Of a DNA stretch of 64,000 nucleotides, positions 38,001-64,000 are shown in pieces. A program made the translations under genes and the position numbers. This DNA is from Tubiluchus corallicola. Lineage: Eukaryota > Animalia > Priapulida. Numbering within the stretch: position 1 is the first letter of the stretch; every line of letters begins with the position of its first letter. The DNA is taken from positions 372 to 64,371 of the forward strand of contig JAQGDQ010001084.1 of the NCBI GenBank assembly GCA_030141605.1, written 5' to 3'. The notes under the pieces were generated by a model. That model made no database searches. It had not been told where the DNA came from and saw nothing but the letters and a program-made list of their open reading frames with translations.

Positions 38001-41000
38001 GCTAAAATGCAAGTAAAAATAAGACAATTGAATTAAGACAGGTGAGGCAGCGAAAATTTTCATTAAAGCAAAAAAATTGCTGATACCAGTGCTGCGCATC
38101 CGGTGCTGGAGCCTCCGATGCAGAATTTCTCATTATGTGGATTTCTCACTGGACCAGTAGCAGACGTGTGACTGCATCCACTTATGCACAGATCTTCACA
38201 GGTAGCTTTGCCAACGATACGGCCACCTAGTGAAAAGACTAGCATTATAATTTGACTGTCATTTAACGGAAATGAAGAGTTTTTCCTCGGTGGCAATTCG
38301 CGGTATTTTTCAAAAGCAATTAAAGTTTATGGACAAACATCTGATTAAGCGAACAGTATATAACACATACGAAGCATTAAAGTCAAAAGTAAATCCTCAC
38401 TATTCAATTAATTTTATCACAAACTTACTGTAAAACTTTTTTTTGATTTTTTATCACTTCGTTGTTTGCGGTATTAAATTTGAACCGCCATTTTTCGTTG
38501 TGTGAGACGAATGATGTAATGAGGACAGCCACGAGTGAAAAAAGATCGGTAAACAAACCTCAGTAACCAAAGATGCTTTCTGCAATAAGTACGTGATTCT
38601 CGCTCTCTCGTGCACAAGATGCGGTCTTTACGGCAATGCACGCATTCGATATGCGACAAAAAAGGTAAGTTATTTCATTTGTAAGTTACTTTTATCAAAA
38701 AGTAATTATAAATTCTTTGTGTGACCATAATAATACAATAAAAACACCTCAATGTTTGTTGCGCTTATATAAACCTTTAATTTTTCAAATGAGAGTTTCT
38801 ACAACAAATAGACACTGTAAAACAAACTGCTTTAAAAAAAACCCAAAGAAGCACGTACCAACAGCCAAGCTGCATATATAAAAAATTGTTCAAAATTGCT
38901 CCTTGACATTAATGCAAGTTAAGCAACACATATAAATATGGCAGAAATTATAGGGTTTCCAACAGGGATTATCTTTTCTTTAAAGTACCAACAGCCAAGC
39001 TGCATATATAAAAAATTGTTCAAAATTGCTCCTGAACATTAATGCAAGTTAAGCAACACATATAAATATGGCAGAAATTATAGGTTTTCCAACAGGGATC
39101 ATCTTTTCTTTAAAGTACCAACAGCCAAGCTGCATATATAAAAAATTGTTCAAAATTGCTCCTGAACATTAATGCAAGTTAAGCAACACATATAAATATG
39201 GCAGAAATTATAGGTTTTCCAACAGGGATCATCTTTTCTTTAAAGTGACAAAGATATCAATCTCCAATTCCATTTAATTGGAAATCACTATTAACATCCC
39301 ACTCACATCATCCACTCTCTCAATGACATTAGTAAAAAAATTTTAAAAGATTTAATTATTCGCTCAAAAAATTCCCGAAAGCAGCAACAGCGAGGCAAAT
39401 TTTTCTACATTTTTTGCAAATTTTCAACACGAAAAAGTAACAGAACTACAACTACATGGTAAAATGTTTCTTCTTGAATTATTAACATCAATGTATCACT
39501 AGCAGATATCATACATTTTGTGATTAAGTTATCACTTTTGCTGATGCTTTGTTCACTTTTCAGATAGAGTTATTTCTCACAAGCGCCATCTAGTGTCTAT
39601 TTTTATAAACTTTCATCCTGACCACTTGACACACAATTTACCTGCGTCTAGTACTCTAGTAACTACAGTTGCATCCATATCTGGAACAAATCCTTCTAGA
39701 ATCAAAGAACCATTCATCATTGGTACTCCAGCCACCATAATACTATCCTTTATGGCCACGGTCTTTCCCGAGAGCTTTCCGGATGGCGCTCCCTGGATGT
39801 CACATCTCCAGTACCTGAAATTTTGAAATGTGAAGCTGATGAGCTGTGTAACTCACCTAACTCATAATCCTAGGAGTAATGTAGTTTAGCACTGAAATGA
39901 TTTCACAAATTTAAAAACATCATCGGCCTTGATCAACGATCAGTTCATATTCAGGTGAATGCAAAATTGAGTTTTACCAATTTTCATACTTTTTAAGCAC
40001 AAGTGAAAAGTCCCAATTGATGAGCATGAAAAGACCAAAGTCAAATCTTTGAAAATCATGATCCGTGAAAATCTATTTGTACAAAAAAACTGCCAACAAT
40101 GGTGGAACTCTTTACTTAGGTACTCTTACCATTTACCATTAATTCAGGGGCGGAACTACATGTGGCAAGCAGAGGGGGGGGGCGCAAAAATTTTCTGGGG
40201 GGGGCAAGGTATCCGAAGTGGTTAAATAATGGTTAAGCCAATTTTTAGCCCCTTTTATACTGCATGCAGGCCTATAATTAGCATGTGTGTAGGACGGCGT
40301 AGCGGACAGAGTAATAATGAGAAAATTAACTGCATTGTTTTTGCTCTATTATTTCACTGCTGAACGAAGCTCGAGTGCTTACTGAGCCGTTTTGTTAACT
40401 AACAGTCTTTTGTGCAAAGACGCTAATGCTACTCAACGAGCTGCTTTGTTAACTGTTCCTGCCTGCCTCCTGAATAGATTACATACAAACAAATTAACTA
40501 CATCCTGACTTTCAGGTAAACACATCTGGTCAGGCACGTATTAACAGTCAGAATAATTTAACTCGGTGACAAACTTTAATGATAAAAAATATTATTGTGC
40601 TACTGCAAAAAAAATTGTTTGTCCGATTTGGCAGGGGGGGCGCAAATTTTGACAGGGGGGCACGCGCCCCCTTAGCCACCTCCTAGTTCCGCCCCTGCAT
40701 TAATTAACAAACATACAATATGACATGTTTGTACTCACAACCATGCTAATTCCATTTTTAAAAACCATGCATCTTAGAAACTACTTCACAGAAAAATCAA
40801 AAATTTTTGCAAAAAAAATCCTCCACAAAAAACAGAAGTCCGCCGACTTGAGCTTTAGTAACCCAAATGCAAAAAAACTTGCCAAGCATTATAAGGATTG
40901 TCTTCAGGTTTTGGTCGGTAACCGGGTGTCCGTGGATACTTCACTTCCGGCATCGGTTCCGTCAGCTCCGCTATTTTCCGAAATGATTGCATCACATCGC

Positions 41001-43697
41001 CCAGACATTCTGAAAAGTTACCTTCAATACTAGCAGCAGTCACACATTTTAGATGTTATTTATTGAGAACTAGTCACATTTCTTGTGTGAAGCCTGGAGA
41101 GACTATTTATACAAGATGATTTTATGTAATAATAATAATAATCATCTTTATTTAAAGTCGGCTTTTGGGTCAACAATTAACACTAGCTCAATGAGCTTTT
41201 ATCGCCGACTGTAAATAACAACCTACAACTACATAAGAGAGAACTATTATTACCCCACTTTTACCCTAAATACCACGCGTCAGGCAGGGCAAAGCAGGTA
41301 CCATTTTTAAAGTCTTTGGTATGACCCGGCCGCTGGTTCGAACTCACGACCTCCCAGACGGAAAGCCGACGCATTACCACTAGACTAAACCGTCTGGTCA
41401 AGGTGCAACAGTAACTAACAGATCACCTCTGTATTCTTCCAGTTCTTCGTCGCAGCATCCTAAACCATAGTTTTCTGATATAGCTTGCAGTCGTGGTAAT
41501 GTTGGAGGATTGACACCTCTAGCTCTGAGAGGTCCTGCAAAGTAAAAGTAAAGTGCGTGATTACGTTACAAGCTACAAAGATCACAAAAAATTGAAAATA
41601 CAAAAAAGTCACATTTTAAATATTAAAACATTAATTGCATAGCAAGCAAACTTTATGCTTTATAGATAAAATGAAAACAGGCATTAACAGTATTTTTAAT
41701 GAATAGCTGAATATTAAATCATACTGTTTGTGTTCTTTCTTTGCCTTAAAGAAGAAGAGAAGCTATTAGATGCTCAAAAAATCCATAGTGAAAATGTCTG
41801 TAAACAATGGCTTTTCAACAATTTCTGCAAGAAGGTTGAATTAAGCGAGCACTTTTGGCAAGCCCCAAATTTTTTCTTAATTTGCCGCATCAAAAAACTA
41901 AAGCAAATGTAGAGATGCTTGATGGTGCATTGTTTGCTCAGCGATGCATCACTTTGAAATAAGAGAGTACCTGTGTGAGACCTCAGCTACTAATAAGAGA
42001 CCGACCAGTTTATACATTGTTTACACAACCAGCAAAACATAACTACCTTTCAAGTTAAGACTGAACTTTGTTTTGATTCCTAAAACTTTAAGAGAAGTGT
42101 TGGTTTTCTAGCCTAATTAATCCAACAAGTTATACTAAATTACTGCATCACATCGATCTGTGCATCCTAACTTGGCTAGAAAAGGCTAAGGCAAAAAATA
42201 TGAAAAGTTGTTGCCAAAAAAATAAAAGCAAGTAGACATGCAAATAAGTTTAGGAATGACTGGTCCAGTCTAAGTCTTGTATTTCTATTAAATGTGACAT
42301 GCAGAAGCGGCTCATGTATAGGCACTGTGGAACTGCAACACCCCCTATTTTCACTCGATATTATTGATAGCATTCAGTATAATGAATCTTTTTTTATTCT
42401 CAATTAAATACTTGTACATACTTTGACGGAACTGTGTGTTTCACAGTTCCCGCGACGAGATCTTTGGCTGTTGTGTAAGTAGTGTTTGGTTCTGACTCAG
42501 CGTGCATCGGGCTTAAAAACCATATATTCTTGAATGTGATAAAGTGTAGAATTGGATTCGTAATTATCATGCTTCCACAGCCATTCTATTCAATTATGTT
42601 TTTTCGGTTCTTTAATTTTACAGAAAATTCAAATAATTTAATCATGGCAATCTTGCATCCCCAAGAAATAAGTTCTGTGACAATAAGTGAACTTCAACAT
42701 TGTTTTACACATATTACAACGGCAAAAAAATTTTGAAGCAACACCCCACTAATTTTAACTATACGAACCACCACTGGTGACATGTATACAATTTATATTG
42801 ATAATTTACCCAAAAGGTCGACCTTTTCCGATCGTCTGGCCGACCTTGGGCGACTGGAGGCGCTAAAACAATAGACAACCAAAAAAACTTAGTTCAGTTG
42901 GTTGTTGTATCTCTGTGTATTCCTTTTAGTTTCTGTCACAGGTTCATATCCTTCTCTAGTCTTTCTCTTTTAAAGTGCTACGTGCATGGTTTCAAATCAT
43001 CACAGTAAAATCACATTCATTGTTTCGCACTCATTTCCTCAAAAAATATCGTCTGCTCCGACCGGGAAAAACATCACATGAAAACGAGCAGGGTCAGTCG
43101 AGAACTGTACGACTTCCAGAGAAGAAAGGCGCTCTAGCGCATTTTTAACGGCAACGCCCTAGAGAAAAAAGCCAAAGGACCTAATACCAACTTCTCCCCT
43201 CAATTTGACGTCAGTTTGCTTTAAACTAACTGACTAACGAAAAACAAAAATCAGTAATAATCCGATAAAATGCAAGCAAACGCAAAGATAATTACGTGTA
43301 TGTTAATTTATAATGTTCCAACAAAGTTGAAATCGAAGTAACCTTGAAAAATTCTAGCTCATTCCGTACTCATCAAAAATATCAGTTAACTCTTTCAGCT
43401 AGCAAGCAAAATAAAGGACATGCCAGTAACAAAAATTCAACCAGGTAGTACACAACTTGTTATTAGCAAAATAATTTTAATATTTAAAACATTAACGTGA
43501 AATTTGCAGTTATTTACCTGCTGCAGTACTAACCAATTCTAGCTCAGTAATTCATAAAGTGATTGGATAAAACGACAAATTGATGGCAAGCTTGCAATTA
43601 GCAATCATCATCATACACTCCCTCGCCAAGGCACGTAGCGTGGTGTTATTAGTTTAACAGACTTACCGCTTTCAGAAGGCTGCGTAGATTCTGCCAT
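32041..43697 (-). CDS. Amidase-signature family amidase, paralog B, 519 aa, 10 exons
   Basis: Exons 43697-43667, 41534-41427, 41009-40883, 39814-39642, 38226-38087, 37777-37505, 35659-35503, 34975-34913, 33926-33639, 32240-32041 join in frame. Motifs [42 protein letters not shown]. Internal exon sizes are identical to paralog A. Confidence 0.92.
32384..32855. mobile_element. Tc1/pogo (Tigger-like) MITE
   Basis: TA|CAGTGTTCCCTC ... GAGGGAACACTG; an inverted sister copy lies at 54776-55209. Confidence 0.8.
33178..33448 (+). mobile_element. tRNA-derived SINE with (ATT)n tail
   Basis: A box TGGTTTAGTCTAGTGG, B box GAGTTCGAACC, core GGGTCATACCAAAGAC..AAAAATGGTA, tail AATAAAG(ATT)n; second copy at 41128-41399. 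Confidence 0.85.
35137..35463. mobile_element. Tc1/mariner-type MITE
   Basis: TA|CAGG...caagttaactc ... gagttagcttg...CCTG|TA, imperfect ~38-bp TIRs. Confidence 0.65.
35785..36202. mobile_element. hAT (Charlie-like) MITE family 2
   Basis: TIR CAGGGGTGTGCAAA/TTTGCACACCCCTG, TSD CCCTAACA; sister copy at 51850-52309. Confidence 0.88.
38855..39245. repeat. Tandem repeat, 3 x ~130 bp (start also duplicated at 36370-36515)
   Basis: gtaccaacagccaagctgc recurs at about 38855, 38985 and 39115. Confidence 0.9.
40145..40697. mobile_element. hAT-type MITE family 1, second copy
   Basis: TIR CAGGGGCGGAACTA/TAGTTCCGCCCCTG, TSD CATTAATT. Confidence 0.88.
41128..41399 (-). mobile_element. tRNA-derived SINE, second copy
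   Basis: Reverse complement of 33178-33448. Confidence 0.85.
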
Positions 43698-45351
43698 ATT
43701 TTCTTTCACGGGCAATAATAAAAATAAATGAGCAACCGAGACTATCGAAATGAAACTTCACAGCACTCGCAGCACCGGCTTTTTTGCAAACTGCAAATTC
43801 AGCTTGAGTTTATGCATACAACAGCAGCAGCTACTAGGTAGTACTGTGTAAACTCAGCGAACACGTGGACCTCCGCGTGCAAACCAACGTACGTCAAGGT
43901 CGAAATGCGGATTACAAGAAAAGAAATACTACACAGGCTTGCTTTCTATCTACAGAGAAAAACTAGTTGTATAGGAATGTTCTGGCTATAGCACGCCCGA
44001 CTTTGTCTTTCGGTATTCATCTTTTGCCCTACCGACAAATTAATTTTGGCTATGATGATGATAAAACGTGTTATGGAATGCGAATTATATACGTGTGGGC
44101 GACGTTTACACCATCTATCGATGGAAAACTGTAGTGGCAGCCATGTAGTTTATTAATTCACATTTTCTTTGCTTTTGGCTATCTATTCTAATAACATCTT
44201 ATTTCACTTTAAACGAAGCGGTCAATGTTGTTACAGCCACTGTATAAATTTCACGATTGAGAATACTTGTTGCAACGAAAACATTTGCCATAGAGCCAAT
44301 GAAACTTTGCACGCCACAATCACTTAGAGCCAGCTTCGATATAACAACTATTTCAAGAAGAACGATTTAATAACCGCGTCAATTATTAATAAATTAGTAA
44401 AGCTAAATAAAATATCTGAAAAGGTACCGCCCTTAAAAAAAGAAAAAATAAGCATAAATTTGGTGTATTCAATGTGTTTATTCTCCAACATTTAACACAA
44501 GTCCTTGTAAATAATTTGGAATGACTTAAATATACAAAATATCTATAATAATACGGGGACGCTCACAAAAATTCATTACTATAGTTACAATACTAAAGCT
44601 ACAGACAACTAAAGTTCAAAAAATCAGTGACATACATAATTACAAGATTGAAAACTTAAGTGTTATCAATGAATTAGATAATCCTGTCAGAGTAACTAAA
44701 ATGGACATTCACATAATATCTGCCATGTTACTTTTGATTAAGGAAAATAATTATTGTAAACGAAAAAAAATTAAATTCCGATACTATAGTCTTTTTTGAA
44801 ACAAAAATCTTAAGCTTTTAAAATTACTAGTTTGATAAGTAAGTAAAAATAATCAAAGTGATCCAAAATTGACAAATTTATAATAGAAAATTAGATATTT
44901 GCAGTACGTTAGGTCACAAATGTATGTATATTACGTATAATAGTATAAGAATAAAAATGGCAGAGGCAAAATTACTGCGAACATTAAAGATTTGCTATTG
45001 TGCACAAAAAATGATAGGAGCAATTTACAATAGTAACACATTCGTATAGAAAGCTGATTGAAAATCAGAAATATTTCAATTTGGATATGATCGTGCTATA
45101 CGGTGGTCTTACAAAATTATTAACAATGACTTGACACCAACCAAATGCATTTAAGACAACCATTGGATATATCACACACGTACACAAAAGACAATGCATC
45201 TCTAAAACTAAATTAATATTAAAGCTATAATGTTTCACAACACATTATTAAAAATAGCTGCCAGTTAGATACAACAAATTTAGGACAACACATGATGCAT
45301 CTTTGTGATGAGGATTCAGAGTGGTGTGAGAAAGTTCTAGGTCATCAAGTT

Positions 45352-45590
45352 ACAACTTTTACTTCACAAGGTTCTGCACCGCCCTTTAGCATAGAGCTCT
45401 GGCATGAGCAGTAACTATGGCAATCAATACAACTTTCAGTTCACAAAGTTGTGCACCACCCTTTAGCATAGAGCTCTGGCATGAGCAGTAACCATGGCAA
45501 TCAATACAACTTTCAGTTCACAAGGTTCTGCACCACCCTTTAGCATAGAGCTCTGGCAGGAGCAGTAACCATGGCAATCAATACAACTTT
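45352..45590. repeat. Tandem repeat, 3 x ~77 bp, in the probable par-3 3'UTR
   Basis: ccctttagcatagagctctggc recurs three times. Confidence 0.9.
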
Positions 45591-46920
45591 GTGCAATCAA
45601 GTCAAGTCTAATGAGCCACTTAAATGGATGACTTTATAACAAGACCATAAAACTCTCAATGTTTTTACCAAAATACTAAATTGCCAAATGCCTTTATCGA
45701 AAACTTTTCAACACTGAGCAGAAATGTAAGCAACTATCTAATCAGCAACAGTTACATTGCAAATTAAAACCTATCTTTTCCGATCACACAAACATTTCCT
45801 AAACACATTACTTACATCATATAATAAAATATATTTGGCCGGAATGTACTGAGCAAGTCAGTTTAGGATAACTTACAGAAACACTGCTCGTAAGGTGAAT
45901 CATGAAACTCTGTATAAATGTAAGGCAATTTTAAAGGACGGGTTGACTGCAACGACGTGGTTTTTAGACGGATAATCAATGAGCAAATTCGATTTTTGAG
46001 AAGTACAACATCGTAACCATGAAATTTCTGTTCACAAGGTCTTCCTGAGCATTTATTGTTCATACGAAACTCTCTCAGTCTCATGTTTGGACGGGTGTAT
46101 ACCAGTAGCAATATTAGGATGCTAAAACAGATACAAAACTACACATTTACTTTCTAAAGTTAATGCACAATTAACCCTATCAATCCCTCAAAATGTTAAG
46201 AATGTATGAAGCCAATAATCCTGTGCAGAAGATTTTCAACACTAAAGACTAAACTCTTTGAAGAAAATTCATTGTGGCACATGTATGGTAGCTGCCAGTG
46301 CATCAAATGAGCCTTACAACACTTCACACTCACTAAAAAGTTCATGAAAATTTGCCCGAACAGAATCATTAATTCTTATCTAAGCAAATGTATGATACAC
46401 TTTTCACATATTTACATTATTACAACAATAAAACCTAAATAAGACAATTAAAAGCAAATAGTGTAAGAATCAAGATGGAACACGATTAGAATGATACACA
46501 GGAAAAACATGTATAAAATTAGCTGCTTATTATTACTATGCAAAACTGCAAAGTGAAATGGTCAACTGTATTTAAAACCTTCGCAGGTAAAACTGCATTC
46601 AAAAACGGTATTTTACTATTAACAAACAAGCAACAAGCCGTGTAAGAAAAGCATAAAATATAATAAGATCATAACAAATGTTGAAAATTTTTACAAAACT
46701 TAAGGTAAGTCACATGAAATCTGGAAAAAATATTATTCCAGTCACTTTATTTAGCAAAATATTGCAACAATATCAGTGTTTTGGTCGAGAATATGCCCAC
46801 AGTGACCTTCGTTCAGCTTCAAGTGCTGTGAATCATGCACAAATTACACTTAAATTGCACAACAACAATACTACATTAACAAAAACAACAAATGGTTTAA
46901 ACATTGAAACGTAAACAGTT

Positions 46921-63849
<16,929 letters not shown>

Positions 63850-63915
63850 CTGAAATAACACCAGGAGGTTTAAAATGTAAAAACAGAAATCAGCTACCAC
63901 AATCCCAAACACACT

Positions 63916-63921
<6 letters not shown>

Positions 63922-64000
<79 letters not shown>
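63922..64000. repeat. (CT)n microsatellite
   Basis: Directly visible; runs to the window end. Confidence 0.97.

Noticed and set aside
23441-43697. Recent bacterial gene transfer/contamination, or mitochondrial GatA (QRSL1)
   Set aside because: Both genes have nine spliceosomal introns at identical positions and sit next to par-3. The motifs ([21 protein letters not shown]) fit the CX3C amidases rather than GatA (DTGGS).

Overview
This is AT-rich, intron-rich metazoan (invertebrate-type) genomic DNA, not prokaryotic, and most entries in the ORF track are satellite or exon fragments. From left to right it contains the following. (1) A large inverted duplication over 1-4934. Its arms carry a decayed RTE-like LINE, and it folds at an internal palindrome of a 45-bp minisatellite (pivot base 1597). 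(2) Three small orphan genes reconstructed here by splicing: a 148-aa secreted Tyr/Gly/His-rich protein (7555-9451 +), a neuropeptide-precursor-like gene with dibasic and amidation sites and a 1-nt frameshift in a T-run (about 14.1-15.7 kb +), and a 105-aa Arg/Cys-rich protein (20575-17386 -). (3) A 5S-rRNA-headed SINE with a 13-bp target-site duplication (TSD). (4) Two tandem 10-exon amidase-signature genes (31447-23441 and 43697-32041, both -), both with the CX3C motif; one uses a GC-AG intron. (5) The 3' two-thirds of par-3/bazooka (63849-46921 -). Many MITEs (Kolobok/T2-like, hAT, Tc1/pogo, piggyBac-like), two tRNA-SINEs and several minisatellites are interspersed. All calls were made by eye; no searches were run.
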